DNA from: Hyphomicrobiales bacterium | GTDB lineage: Bacteria > Pseudomonadota > Alphaproteobacteria > Rhizobiales > TMED25 | Direction: 5' to 3' | Assembly: GCA_049602435.1 (NCBI GenBank) | Contig: JBMYRO010000004.1 | Location: forward strand, 10,720 to 74,719 | DNA: 64,000 nucleotides | Shown: in pieces, positions 50,037-60,682 of the stretch | How the letters are laid out: each line of letters opens with the position of its first letter | Position numbering within the stretch: position 1 is the stretch's first letter | Position numbers and translations under genes: made by a program | The notes under the pieces: model-generated | Database searches by the model: none | Seen by the model: only the letters and a program-made list of their open reading frames with translations | What the model was told of the DNA's origin: nothing

Positions 50037-51035
50037 ATGAAAACAAGAGCTATCGCTATGGTATCCCCAGAACAATGGGGTGCATGCAATCCATTGTCAA
50101 GAACCATGCTTGAAGACTCTGGAGTCAAAATAATAAGAAATGAACAGAAAAGACTCTTAGTCGAAGATGAAATGAAGGAACTTATAAAAGGCTGCGATGT
50201 TGCTATTTGTGGCGCAGAACCAATGAGTGCAGCAGTTATGGACCAATCCCCGGGGTTAAGATTTATTGCAAGATGTGCTGTTGGCTTGGATAGTATAGAT
50301 TTAAATGCCGCTCGTGATAGGAATATAGGCGTATCATATGTTCCGGGAGCTAATGCTGATACTGTTGCAGAATTGACAGTAAGTCATATTTTGACACTAA
50401 TTCGTGGTGTTCAGCTTGGTGATAAACTAATGAGAGAAGGTAAATGGTTTAGGGTACTAGGTCGAAGCTTAGAAGAACTTACAGTAGGAATAATTGGGAT
50501 GGGAAGAATTGGAAGAAGAACGGCAAAATTATTGTCTGCATTTGGAGCAAAAATAATTGCCAATGATATCAATCCTGATGAGTCAATTAATGCATATCTT
50601 CCTGTTGAATGGGTGAGTAAAAAAAGATTATTGAACGAGTCAGACATCGTTTGTCTTCATGTGCCAAAAACTCCAGCTACAATCAACATCATTGACACAA
50701 ATGACCTTGCTGAGATGAAAAGTGATGCCTTCTTAATTAATACTGCAAGAGGTGGTCTGGTAAATGAGCCCGCTCTTCTAAACGCACTCACAAATAGTAT
50801 AATAGCTGGAGCTGGACTGGATGTTTATGAGCAAGAACCCTATCTTGGTGGACCCTTGTCAAAGCTTGATAATGTAATCATGACTTGCCACATGGGAGCA
50901 AATACTCGTGTTTCAAGGGCACGAATGGAGATTCAAGCAGCCGAATGCTTAATTGCATTTTTAAATGGAGAGCATATACCTAGAATTGTCCCTGATAGTG
51001 AATATGACTTACAAATTGCAATGAAGAACCTCTAA
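50037..51035 (+). CDS. D-isomer-specific 2-hydroxyacid dehydrogenase (SerA-like)
   Basis: VGLDSID, NA.TVAE, GIIGMGRIG, NTARG, LDVYEQEP, H.G motifs; start at ATG 50037. Confidence 0.9.
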   Translation: MKTRAIAMVSPEQWGACNPLSRTMLEDSGVKIIRNEQKRLLVEDEMKELIKGCDVAICGAEPMSAAVMDQSPGLRFIARCAVGLDSIDLNAARDRNIGVSYVPGANADTVAELTVSHILTLIRGVQLGDKLMREGKWFRVLGRSLEELTVGIIGMGRIGRRTAKLLSAFGAKIIANDINPDESINAYLPVEWVSKKRLLNESDIVCLHVPKTPATINIIDTNDLAEMKSDAFLINTARGGLVNEPALLNALTNSIIAGAGLDVYEQEPYLGGPLSKLDNVIMTCHMGANTRVSRARMEIQAAECLIAFLNGEHIPRIVPDSEYDLQIAMKNL

Positions 51036-52085
51036 ATGAGAATAATATTTATTGGTGCTGGGGCTGTTGGTTCATATTTGGGTGGTTGGCTAAGCTATTC
51101 AGGTAATGACGTAACAATCATAGATCCATGGGCAGAACAAGTTGACTGGGTGAACAAACATGGAATTGAAATTTCAGGTCCCCACAAAACATTTGTTGCA
51201 AAACCAAGAATGATACATTTACATGACTCAGAAACAGTTGCTAGAGAGGAATTATTTGAATTAGGTTTTATAGCAATGAAAGCCTACGACACCGAATGGT
51301 CAGCGCAATTTATTAATAAATTTATCCAACCGGAAGGAATTATCATATCAGCACAAAACTGCTGGCCTGACCCCCTAATTGCAAACATAGTTGGTATTCA
51401 TAGATGCGCAGGGCTTGTAATGTCAAATATTTCAGTTGAATTATATACCCCTGGAAAAGTTTCCAGACCGGGTCATTCACTTATGCGCGATTTGGGTCAT
51501 GATGTTTTTCGACTTGGTTCTCATGATGGTAAAAATAAAAATATACTAGAAAAAATAAGAAAATTACTGGATGTTATCGACTCTTCAATAATTACAGATA
51601 ACCTTTGGGGTGAAAGGTGGGCTAAACTGTGTCAGAACTGTATGGGAAATCCCGTTGTTGCTATGTCTGGTTTAGGTACTGCTGAATTGGCCTCGGATGA
51701 TAAATGTAGGAAGCTACAAATCAATTTAGCAAGGGAGTCTGCAGAAGTTGGTAAGTTACTTGGTTATTCATTCGATGACTTTGGAGGTGCAAAAACTTCT
51801 CAATGGATCAATTCTACAAAAGAAGATGTTTATCAGGAACTTGATAGCATCATAAAAGGTAGATCCAATGGCCCCAATAGAAGGCCTTCAATGGGTCAAG
51901 ATATATTCAGAGGAAGAAAAACTGAAATATTGCATATGAATGGACATGTTTTTGATAAAGCAAAAACGCTCAAACTCGATACACCTTATTCACAAAAAAC
52001 AATAGAAACGATTCTCAATATAGATCGAGGAAAAATTAAACCATCAATTGAGAATGTTTATAAAATAGTCAATCAAATCAGTTAA
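51036..52085 (+). CDS. Ketopantoate reductase (PanE/ApbA) family oxidoreductase
   Basis: GAGAVG, KAYDT, S.QN, W.KL..N...N, SM.QD...GR.TE...NG motifs. Confidence 0.85.
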   Translation: MRIIFIGAGAVGSYLGGWLSYSGNDVTIIDPWAEQVDWVNKHGIEISGPHKTFVAKPRMIHLHDSETVAREELFELGFIAMKAYDTEWSAQFINKFIQPEGIIISAQNCWPDPLIANIVGIHRCAGLVMSNISVELYTPGKVSRPGHSLMRDLGHDVFRLGSHDGKNKNILEKIRKLLDVIDSSIITDNLWGERWAKLCQNCMGNPVVAMSGLGTAELASDDKCRKLQINLARESAEVGKLLGYSFDDFGGAKTSQWINSTKEDVYQELDSIIKGRSNGPNRRPSMGQDIFRGRKTEILHMNGHVFDKAKTLKLDTPYSQKTIETILNIDRGKIKPSIENVYKIVNQIS

Positions 52086-52092
52086 ATTTTTA

Positions 52093-52506
52093 CTATAAAC
52101 CATCAACGTCATCCCTTTTGGGATTTGAGTCAGCCATTGGATCTCCACGTTCTTTGAGCACTTCTAGATATTGCTCAGTCGCATGAGCAATGCATGGCCA
52201 TCCACCATACATTCCAACATGAATCATTACCTCACAAATTTCTTCATGGGTTATACCAATATGATGCGCGCTTCTGTAGTGTGTATGTGTCCCATGAGGT
52301 CTGGATAAAGCAATATTTGCAGCAAGCGTTATTAATTGCCTTTCCCTAAGAGAGAGGTGCGGTCGGTTCCAAATTTCACCAAACAAAGTACTAACTGATA
52401 GCTTATACATATCTTCTGATATTTTTCTTTGATTCAACATGGTATCTTCCCGACCCATCTCTTTCATCTTTTTGAGACCTTTTATATAATTATCGTCTTT
52501 GGTCAT
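52093..52506 (-). CDS. Carboxymuconolactone decarboxylase family protein
   Basis: FGEIW.RP.LS.RERQLITLA, H..SA...G.T.EEI.E, Y.GWP; no AhpD CxxC. Confidence 0.88.
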   Translation of the reverse strand: MTKDDNYIKGLKKMKEMGREDTMLNQRKISEDMYKLSVSTLFGEIWNRPHLSLRERQLITLAANIALSRPHGTHTHYRSAHHIGITHEEICEVMIHVGMYGGWPCIAHATEQYLEVLKERGDPMADSNPKRDDVDGL

Positions 52507-52602
52507 GTTCCCCCCTTAATCATTTAATTTTCTTTTGAATTTTGTTTATATCAATATAATCTTATAAAAGATTATAACGGTAATTCAGAAAATTAAATCA
52601 TT

Positions 52603-53682
52603 ATGAAAATTAATCATCAAGAAATTGGTATAGGAATAGTTGGATGCGGGAGGATGGGCAACCTGCGAACCTCAATTTCTAAAACTCATGGTTCAGTTAA
52701 ATACATTAGTCTGTCAGACACCATCAGAGAAAAAGCTGAAGCCCTAGGGGAAAAAGTCAATGCTGATAGGGTTTGTAAAACAAATCAAGAGGTTATTGAT
52801 GATGAAAATACTCATGCAATAATTGTCTCAACAAGTGAACCTGAACATTGTGATCCTGTGATAAAAGCACTTGAAAATGGCAAACCTGTCTTGGTTGAAA
52901 AACCAATAGCATTAAATCTCAATGACGCACAAAAAATGGTTGATGCTGCAAAAAGAAATAACACAAGCTTACATGTTGGTTACACTTTAAGATTCAATAG
53001 ACATTTTCTGATTGGTAAACAGCAAATAAACGAAAACAAAGTTGGAAACATTATTTCCTGTGTGGGTAGATTCTATAATACCCAACGTACGGGAGCAGAA
53101 ATCTTAAAAAGATCGAAGCACATATCATTTGTGAATGATGCACTTACATATCTTGTTGATCTATTTGGATGGTATTTAGGAAACAAAAAACCAAAGGAAA
53201 TTATCGCCAAGGGTCATGGAACAATTTACAGAAAAGATGGATTTGATGTAGATGAAATAGCAGCAGCGATTATTACATATGACGATGGTACTATTGTGAA
53301 TTTAGCTATGGGTTATGCGCTACCTAAAAATTATCCTTCACACGGAAGATTAGTCAGAGCAGAAATAATCGGAGAAAATGGTGTTCTCTTATTTGATGAT
53401 GATAGAAAAGAACATATCGGCTTTTCAGATGAAGGTATGCATCATTCTTACGTAGATAATCATACAGAAATGGCTCTACTTACAAGTAATGCCTCTGGTA
53501 ACTGGGCCTTAAATAAATATTGGGGGCCTTTTGCTGATGAGACCCGATCATGGCTAGACTTTATTTCACAAGGAATTGATTGCCCAAATACAACGGGCGT
53601 TGAAGGCTTGCAAAACCTAAGGCTTACACTTGCCATTGAGGACTCAATTAAATTAGATAAAAAGATAAGAATAGAGGATTAA
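52603..53682 (+). CDS. Gfo/Idh/MocA family NAD(P) oxidoreductase
   Basis: GIVGCG.MG, VLVEKP, VGY..RF motifs. Confidence 0.9.
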   Translation: MKINHQEIGIGIVGCGRMGNLRTSISKTHGSVKYISLSDTIREKAEALGEKVNADRVCKTNQEVIDDENTHAIIVSTSEPEHCDPVIKALENGKPVLVEKPIALNLNDAQKMVDAAKRNNTSLHVGYTLRFNRHFLIGKQQINENKVGNIISCVGRFYNTQRTGAEILKRSKHISFVNDALTYLVDLFGWYLGNKKPKEIIAKGHGTIYRKDGFDVDEIAAAIITYDDGTIVNLAMGYALPKNYPSHGRLVRAEIIGENGVLLFDDDRKEHIGFSDEGMHHSYVDNHTEMALLTSNASGNWALNKYWGPFADETRSWLDFISQGIDCPNTTGVEGLQNLRLTLAIEDSIKLDKKIRIED

Positions 53683-54678
53683 ATGAAAGTTATAGATATT
53701 CATGCGCACATACTACCCGCATCATTACGTAAAGCTTTTGAAAATGGCGAGCCATGGTATGGAACTAAAATTGAGCGAAATTCTGAAGGTAGAACAATCC
53801 TAACAACAGGTAGTCGAAGAAACGAAATGAGCACACCAGAATACTGGGTCCCATACGAACAACGCATCACATTAATGGATGAGGCTGAAGTAGATGTACA
53901 ATTATTATCTCTCAATCCTCAATTACTTAGAGACAGTGATCCAATTGATGTAGCAGCTAGTGCATGCCAAAGTGTTAATGATGAAATTGCAGAGGCAGTA
54001 AGTGCAAGACCAGATAGATATCAAGGACTAGGCACTATCACCCTAAAAGATCCTGAGAGAGCGTGTAATGAACTTAACCGTATAATGAAAGACTTAAAAC
54101 TACATGGAATAATAATTGGGTCTCATATTGACCATACAAATTTAAATCAGAGCCATTTTTTTGATATTTTGAAAGAAGCAGAAAAACTTGGTGCATTTAT
54201 CTTATTACACCCACTATCAACTAGAGCAAAGCCAATACTTAATGATTATCATCTGATAAATCTCATTGGAAACCCAATGGAAACAACTACAGCAGCTGCA
54301 AATCTTATATTTTCAGGATACATGGAAAAACTTCCTAATATTAAGATCTGTCTATCCCACGCTGGTGGATATTTACCCTTTGCTATTGGGCGTTTTGATC
54401 ATGCCTATAATACCAGAAAAGACGTTAGTGATAGTCTGAAGAAAAAACCATCCGAATATTTAAAGAAATTTTATTATGATACCATCACACATTCTGATGT
54501 TGGTTTAAAACAAGTGATAGACATTGTTAGTTCAGAAAATATTTTATTGGGCACAGACTTTCCAGCAGATATGGGTGTTAAAAAACCACTCGAATGGATA
54601 AATAGTACCGATTTAAAATCTGATATAAAAGAAAAGATTTGTCATTTGAATGCAGAAAGAATTTTAGCAATTCATTAG
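53683..54678 (+). CDS. Amidohydrolase family, ACMSD/aromatic-acid decarboxylase-like
   Basis: DIHAH, MD.A.VD.Q.LS, LHP, G.P.ET, SHAGG..P...GR, YYD, GTDFP motifs. Confidence 0.88.
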   Translation: MKVIDIHAHILPASLRKAFENGEPWYGTKIERNSEGRTILTTGSRRNEMSTPEYWVPYEQRITLMDEAEVDVQLLSLNPQLLRDSDPIDVAASACQSVNDEIAEAVSARPDRYQGLGTITLKDPERACNELNRIMKDLKLHGIIIGSHIDHTNLNQSHFFDILKEAEKLGAFILLHPLSTRAKPILNDYHLINLIGNPMETTTAAANLIFSGYMEKLPNIKICLSHAGGYLPFAIGRFDHAYNTRKDVSDSLKKKPSEYLKKFYYDTITHSDVGLKQVIDIVSSENILLGTDFPADMGVKKPLEWINSTDLKSDIKEKICHLNAERILAIH

Positions 54679-55652
54679 AGATCAATTATTTCATTTATGG
54701 TTCTTGCGATTGCAATAGACTCTTTCATTGTTGAAATTTCTTGAGTTTTATTTTTATTCACGCATTGAAGAAAATACTCAATCTGATCAATATATAAATT
54801 TTGAAATTCAAAAAATTTGCAAAGATCCATACTCTTATCCTGATATTTTAACTGTAGGGGTAAATTTGGTTGTATTGATAAGAAACATTCAAATTCCTCG
54901 CTGTTAAATTGTACATATTGAATAAACTCAGAAGATATAAGATCTGCTTCAATTTGCACTTCTACATTGCTTTTTGTAACAAGCTTAATATGAACATAAT
55001 CTTCTGCAAGTTCGTCTGTGTCATTCAGTGTTTTTATCCTGTGCTCTAAATATATTTTTTTACTTACATTTTTTATTTCTTTAATATCACCAAAATACCA
55101 TTGAACAAGGTCAATAATATGTACAACCATCTCATTAATTACACCGCCGCCTAATTTTTTTGAAAATTGCCAGGGAGCATTGGATCCAGGGCTAGCAATC
55201 CTAAAATAAGCTTTTTGAATAGTATTGCTATCAGCATTCTCAATTAATTTTTTGGCATGTATATGTGCAGGAGAAAATTTATATATGTAGCCCCCCATCG
55301 CTACTAGTTTCTTCTTGGCAATTGATTTTTCATACTTATGTAGTTTATCTATATTCTGTGAAACAGGCTTTTCACAAAGAAAATTTTTATCTTTCTCTAT
55401 TAAGTTATCAATTATTAAGTCATGAGTTTCAGGTGGAGTACATATTGAATATGCAGTTATCTCTTTACTATTTATGATTTCATCATAAGTGAGATGTTTC
55501 AGACTATATTCCATTGCTAATTTCTTAGCTTTATCTTCATCGACATCTGATAAGTAAATGTCTTTTATTCCATTACCTAAATAGCCATTGATATGTTTTG
55601 GTGCTTGTCTCCCACACCCAATTATTCCAATTTTATTCATTATTCTTTTCAA
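54675..55652 (-). CDS. Gfo/Idh/MocA family oxidoreductase
   Basis: GIIGCG, ICTPP.TH, CEKP, W......GGG....VH..D motifs. Confidence 0.88.
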   Translation of the reverse strand: MKRIMNKIGIIGCGRQAPKHINGYLGNGIKDIYLSDVDEDKAKKLAMEYSLKHLTYDEIINSKEITAYSICTPPETHDLIIDNLIEKDKNFLCEKPVSQNIDKLHKYEKSIAKKKLVAMGGYIYKFSPAHIHAKKLIENADSNTIQKAYFRIASPGSNAPWQFSKKLGGGVINEMVVHIIDLVQWYFGDIKEIKNVSKKIYLEHRIKTLNDTDELAEDYVHIKLVTKSNVEVQIEADLISSEFIQYVQFNSEEFECFLSIQPNLPLQLKYQDKSMDLCKFFEFQNLYIDQIEYFLQCVNKNKTQEISTMKESIAIARTINEIIDL

Positions 55653-55770
55653 TCAAACAAAAGAGAGAACTAATTTATTATTTTATAATTCAGTTATTCT
55701 AATACTTATGTTACTTTAAATCTTCGCAAATATAATTGAAACATTAAATTAAATGTTTATTTGATTTATT

Positions 55771-56538
55771 ATGAGTGAAAAGAAAATTACATTTATTTCG
55801 AGTGAAACTAAACAAGCTTCTGATGCTAGAACAAAGCTTGTTGCGTTATATGGTAATTCAGAGTTATCCAAAGCTGATGTAATTGTTGCATTGGGTGGTG
55901 ATGGTCTGATGCTCCAGGTACTGCACCAATTCATCGAAACAGAGATTCCAATATATGGCATAAATTGTGGTTCTGTTGGCTTTTTGATGAATGAGCTTAA
56001 TTATGATGAATTACTAAATAAAATAAAAGACTCTGAAATAACAACAATCAACCCTCTAAAAATGACGGTTACTGATATTAACAATGATAAGCATACAGAA
56101 ATTGCGATTAATGAAGTAGCACTATCGAGAACTACTTATCAAGCCGCAAAACTAAAAATTTCTATAAACAATAAAGTGAGACTCAATGAATTAATTTCAG
56201 ATGGTCTCCTAATTTCTACTCCTGCAGGAAGTACTGCTTATAATTTATCAGCAGATGGACCTATTTTACCAATTAATGCAAAACTTATGGCTATGACACC
56301 AACAAGTCCATTCAGACCAAGAAGATGGAAAGGAGCTTTGCTTGATATAAATTCAATTGTTGAAATTGAAGTTCTTGATCCTGATTTCAGAAAAGTCAAT
56401 GCAACTGCTGACAATCATGAAATTAACAATGCGAAAAACATACTAATTTCAAATGATGAATCAAAAAGATTACACATCATGTTTGACTCAAACCATAACC
56501 TTGAGGAAAGAATTATTAGAGAACAATTTATGTCCTAG
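55771..56538 (+). CDS. nadK: NAD kinase
   Basis: LGGDG, G.VGFL.N, AINEV, DG...[20 protein letters not shown] motifs. Confidence 0.95.
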   Translation: MSEKKITFISSETKQASDARTKLVALYGNSELSKADVIVALGGDGLMLQVLHQFIETEIPIYGINCGSVGFLMNELNYDELLNKIKDSEITTINPLKMTVTDINNDKHTEIAINEVALSRTTYQAAKLKISINNKVRLNELISDGLLISTPAGSTAYNLSADGPILPINAKLMAMTPTSPFRPRRWKGALLDINSIVEIEVLDPDFRKVNATADNHEINNAKNILISNDESKRLHIMFDSNHNLEERIIREQFMS

Positions 56539-58460
56539 TTCGAATAGTCTGGAGGTAAAGCTCTATTTTTTATTTCTGAAATAGCATCTGTTAGACTAAG
56601 AGTTTTCTGTTCTGTATTACCAAGCTCCCTGATGGTAACTGTTTTGTCCTCTGTTTCCTTCTGACCAATAACAAATAATAATGGAATCTTTACAGATATA
56701 TGCTCTCTAATTTTATAACTAATTTTTTCGTTTCTCAGATCAACTTCAGCTCTTAGATCGTTCTTTTGACAATGTTCTAAAACCTCTTTTGCATAGTCGT
56801 CTGCTTGGGAACTGATTGTTACTATTACAATCTGCGTTGGTGAGATCCATAATGGCAACCTACCAGCATAATGTTCAATTAAAATCCCTGTGAATCTCTC
56901 AAGTGAACCAAATATTGCTCTATGTAACATAACAGGAACATGTTTTTCACCATCGCTACCTATGAAAAATGAACCTAAGCGACCGGGTAAGTTAAAATCA
57001 ACTTGTAGGGTTCCGCACTGCCAATCCCTTCCGATTGCATCCCTTAGTACATATTCTAATTTTGGACCGTAGAATGCTCCTTCCCCCGGATTTAATTCAT
57101 ATTTTTGATTAGTTGTTTCAACGGCATCAATAAGTGCCTTTTCTGCTTTGTCCCATATAGAGTCGTCCCCTACCCTCTTTTCAGGTCTATCTGAGAACTT
57201 AACTACAATATTATCAAAACCGAAATCTTTGTAGATAGATAATATAAGTTCATGAACCTTTACGCATTCTTCCTTGATTTGTTCTTCGGTAAGAAAGATG
57301 TGTCCATCATCCTGCGTAAAATGCCTTACCCTCATTAGCCCATGCAATGCACCAGATGGCTCATATCTGTGAACCTTGCCAAATTCAGCATATTTTATTG
57401 GTAATTCACGATAGCTTTTCAAGCCATTTTTAAAAATCTGGACGTGGCCAGGACAATTCATGGGCTTTAAAGCAAATATTTTCTCATCAGGTGTTGTACT
57501 AGTGAACATATTTTCACCAAATTTTTCCCAATGACCTGATTTTTCCCATAAAGATCTATCTAACATATCAGGAGTGTTGACTTCTAAGTATCCTGCTTTT
57601 TGACCTTTTCTTTTCATGTAATCAATAAGTTCTGTAAATAGTGTCCATCCCTTTTTGTGCCAAAATACTGATCCAGGTCCTTCTTCCTGAAAATGAAAAA
57701 GATTCATCTCACGTCCTAGCTTTCTATGATCTCTTTTTTCAGCCTCTTCGAGCATGTTAAGATATGCATTCAATTGATCACTGCTTGACCAAGCAGTTCC
57801 GTAGATTCTCTGTAACATAACGTTATTAGAGTCACCGCGCCAGTATGCCCCGGCTATTTTCATTAATTTAAATGCCTTGCCTATTTGCCCTGTTGAGACC
57901 ATATGGGGTCCACGACATAAGTCAAACCAGTCACCTTGTGAATATAATTTTATAGTTTGATTATCTGGAATGGTGCTAATCAATTCTACTTTATATTCCT
58001 CATTTTTGTCTTTGAAAATCTGTATTGCTTCATTTCTTGAGACTTCTTTTTTCTGAAACTGTCTATTTTTTGAAATTATCTCATGCATTTTCTTTTCAAT
58101 TTTTATGAGATCTTCAGGTTTGAATGATTCTTCACGATAAAAATCATAATAGAAACCATTTTCTATAACTGGTCCGATTGTAACTTGTGTTTCAGGAAAA
58201 ATTTCTTGAACCGCTTCAGCTAATACATGAGCGCAATCATGACGAATTAATTCAAGTGCATCTGGGTGCTCTTTTGTTATTAATTCTATTTTTGAATCAT
58301 TCGGTAATAAATCAGATAGATCTGATAATTGACCATCAATTTTTACTGCTATTGTCTTTTTAAAAAGGGAGTCAGATATGGACTTTGCAAGCTCTGCTGC
58401 TGTTATTTGACTCTCAAATTCCCTCTGGGATCCATCAAGTAAATTGTATTTGTACATCAC
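56535..58460 (-). CDS. thrS: Threonine--tRNA ligase
   Basis: TGS domain, [51 protein letters not shown]. Confidence 0.99.
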   Translation of the reverse strand: MMYKYNLLDGSQREFESQITAAELAKSISDSLFKKTIAVKIDGQLSDLSDLLPNDSKIELITKEHPDALELIRHDCAHVLAEAVQEIFPETQVTIGPVIENGFYYDFYREESFKPEDLIKIEKKMHEIISKNRQFQKKEVSRNEAIQIFKDKNEEYKVELISTIPDNQTIKLYSQGDWFDLCRGPHMVSTGQIGKAFKLMKIAGAYWRGDSNNVMLQRIYGTAWSSSDQLNAYLNMLEEAEKRDHRKLGREMNLFHFQEEGPGSVFWHKKGWTLFTELIDYMKRKGQKAGYLEVNTPDMLDRSLWEKSGHWEKFGENMFTSTTPDEKIFALKPMNCPGHVQIFKNGLKSYRELPIKYAEFGKVHRYEPSGALHGLMRVRHFTQDDGHIFLTEEQIKEECVKVHELILSIYKDFGFDNIVVKFSDRPEKRVGDDSIWDKAEKALIDAVETTNQKYELNPGEGAFYGPKLEYVLRDAIGRDWQCGTLQVDFNLPGRLGSFFIGSDGEKHVPVMLHRAIFGSLERFTGILIEHYAGRLPLWISPTQIVIVTISSQADDYAKEVLEHCQKNDLRAEVDLRNEKISYKIREHISVKIPLLFVIGQKETEDKTVTIRELGNTEQKTLSLTDAISEIKNRALPPDYSN

Positions 58461-58523
58461 TTTAACTCAATCTCTGTTACAAATCAGGTAAGTATTTGTA
58501 TTATTAATAGTAGGATTTTATTT

Positions 58524-58814
58524 TTATTCAAATACTTTTTTTAATTTATAGGTCCAAGGCTTGTACCAAACACAATTATCAGGTAGTTCATCAGGAACCG
58601 GATCATATCCATAACCAGATAAGGGGTGACATCTCGTAAATCTATAAAAAAACAACCATCCTCCGACCCAAATACCATATCTTTTTATCGACTCGAGAGC
58701 GTAGTTAGAACATGTTGGCAAATATCTGCATCTATTGCCTAAAAAATATGAAAATGTGTATTGATATAATTTTATAAGTATTAGAAATGGAAAAGAAATT
58801 ATATTTTTGAGCAT
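58524..58814 (-). CDS. yidD: Membrane protein insertion efficiency factor
   Basis: CRY.PTCS.YA, RC.P...GYDPVP motifs. Confidence 0.93.
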   Translation of the reverse strand: MLKNIISFPFLILIKLYQYTFSYFLGNRCRYLPTCSNYALESIKRYGIWVGGWLFFYRFTRCHPLSGYGYDPVPDELPDNCVWYKPWTYKLKKVFE

Positions 58815-58826
58815 TTAAAATCTTGG

Positions 58827-59249
58827 CTATTTTAGTTTTTCTATAGCTTCATTCACAGCTTCAAATGTCAACATAGTAGATGAGTGTCTGGATTTATAAT
58901 CTTTCACGGGTTGCAAGAACGCCAAATCAGACCATTTTCCCGCTGGAGGTGGCCCATCATTTTTTAACATATTTAACATTATGTCGGCAACTTCAGCTAA
59001 TTCTTCCTTGGATGAGCCTATTACATTTTTAGCCATTATAGATGATGAAGCTTGACCTAATGCACACGCTTTTACATCATGAGCAAATTCTGTGATGATA
59101 TTATCTCTAATTTTAATATCCACTGTAACTTTTGAACCGCATAGTCTGCTTACTTTTGTCGCAGATGAGTCAGGGTTATCCAACCTACCTATGTGTTGAA
59201 TATTAGATGCAAATTCAATTATTTTATTATTATAGATATCGTCTAACAT
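58827..59249 (-). CDS. IscU/NifU-N-like scaffold family protein
   Basis: S.LCGS.V.VD, ACALGQASS, RH.S.ML.F.A motifs; alphaproteobacterial type next to folE and yidD. Confidence 0.88.
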   Translation of the reverse strand: MLDDIYNNKIIEFASNIQHIGRLDNPDSSATKVSRLCGSKVTVDIKIRDNIITEFAHDVKACALGQASSSIMAKNVIGSSKEELAEVADIMLNMLKNDGPPPAGKWSDLAFLQPVKDYKSRHSSTMLTFEAVNEAIEKLK

Positions 59250-59387
59250 TATTATTAATCACTGAAAATCTCATCTAAATTTGTATTTTAATAGTAGCAT
59301 TCATATATTGATAATTAATAAATAATAACATATATTCAACTTTTAAATACTAAATACATACAATATCAAATTACTGGAGTAAACAGG

Positions 59388-59996
59388 ATGGACAAAGACC
59401 CCAAAGTTACCAATCTAAATATGGCTCCTTCTGTTCCCTCTAGAGAAGAAGCAGAAGACGCTGTTAGGACAATCCTATCATGGATTGGGGAGGACCCAAA
59501 CAGAGAGGGTCTACTTGAAACCCCAAGAAGATTCATTGATGCTTATAAAGAATTTTTTAAGGGGTACAATGAAGATGGAGTTCAAGTTCTATCAAAGACT
59601 TTTAGTGAAGTTGGTGGTTATGATGACATAGTACTTTTGAAGGATATTTCTTTCAATTCGTTCTGTGAGCACCACATGTGTCCATTTATTGGCAAAGCAC
59701 ACGTTGCCTATCTTCCTTCACACAAAGTGGTTGGTATTTCTAAAATAGCAAGATTAGTAGACATTTATGCACATCGCCTGCAAACACAAGAAACTATGAC
59801 AGCAGAAATAGCTAATGCAATTGACGAGTCATTAAATCCGCGTGGTGTTGCTGTAATTATAGATGCAGAGCATATGTGCATGTCCCTGAGGGGAGTAAAA
59901 AAAGATAAGGTGTCAACTATCACAACAAGATTCACAGGTGAATTTGAGAAAAACGAAGCCTTAAAAGATAGATTTATGAAACTAACCAATAATTGA
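59388..59996 (+). CDS. folE: GTP cyclohydrolase I
   Basis: GEDP.REGL.ETP, S.CEHH, G.SK.AR, RLQ.QE, EH.CM..RG motifs. Confidence 0.97.
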   Translation: MDKDPKVTNLNMAPSVPSREEAEDAVRTILSWIGEDPNREGLLETPRRFIDAYKEFFKGYNEDGVQVLSKTFSEVGGYDDIVLLKDISFNSFCEHHMCPFIGKAHVAYLPSHKVVGISKIARLVDIYAHRLQTQETMTAEIANAIDESLNPRGVAVIIDAEHMCMSLRGVKKDKVSTITTRFTGEFEKNEALKDRFMKLTNN

Positions 59997-60009
59997 CCAG
60001 AGGCACGAG

Positions 60010-60480
60010 ATGTCATTAAAATTTGGTGAAAGAAAGAGTGTTTATGAAGTAGAGGAAGGTACAATCCTCGCTCCAAAATTTGATCATAATGGACTAATAC
60101 CTGTTATTACCACTTCAGCAAAAAACGGTGAAGTATTAATGCACGGTTACATGAACAAAGAAGCCCTTCAGCTCTCAATAAAAAACAAAGAAGCTTATTA
60201 TTGGAGTAGATCAAGAAATGCTCTCTGGCACAAAGGAGCGACTTCAGGACTAACCCAAAAAATACAAAGTATTCGTATTGATGATGATCAGGACACTATT
60301 TGGTTAATTGTTGATGTTGAAGGATCAGGTGCAAGTTGCCATGTTGGGTATAGATCATGTTTTTATAGATCCATAACTCTAGATAACGAAAATAATGTTG
60401 AACTCAAGTTTGAAGAAGATAAAAAACTTTTCGATCCAGAAATTGTTTACAAAGGGCAAGAAAACCCAACAAAACTATAG
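60010..60480 (+). CDS. hisI: Phosphoribosyl-AMP cyclohydrolase
   Basis: GLIP, VLM.GYMN, YWSRSR..LW.KG.TSG, DDDQD, SCH.GYRSCFYR motifs. Confidence 0.95.
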   Translation: MSLKFGERKSVYEVEEGTILAPKFDHNGLIPVITTSAKNGEVLMHGYMNKEALQLSIKNKEAYYWSRSRNALWHKGATSGLTQKIQSIRIDDDQDTIWLIVDVEGSGASCHVGYRSCFYRSITLDNENNVELKFEEDKKLFDPEIVYKGQENPTKL

Positions 60481-60681
60481 GTCAATATCTAAAATTGCCA
60501 TGTTAAATGAATAGGAAACTTCTCCGTCTTCCTCGTCACGAAATATCACACCGATGAATTCATCACCGACATAAACCTCCATTGAGTCACTTTTTTGTGG
60601 CCTATCAATAACATTTATGACATCAGTTTTGAATTTGTCTCTGAGATAATTTTGAATTTTATCTTTTTCTTTATTATCCAT
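60475..60681 (-). CDS. DUF3126 family protein
   Basis: YLR..F, DS.EVY.GDEFIGV, DEEDGE.SY.F.MAILD.DL; follows cysE. Confidence 0.88.
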   Translation of the reverse strand: MDNKEKDKIQNYLRDKFKTDVINVIDRPQKSDSMEVYVGDEFIGVIFRDEEDGEVSYSFNMAILDIDL

Positions 60682-60682
60682 T

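Noticed and set aside
58827-59249. IscU-like protein missing the third Cys (RHSST)
   Set aside because: Usual for this alphaproteobacterial folE/yidD-linked subfamily
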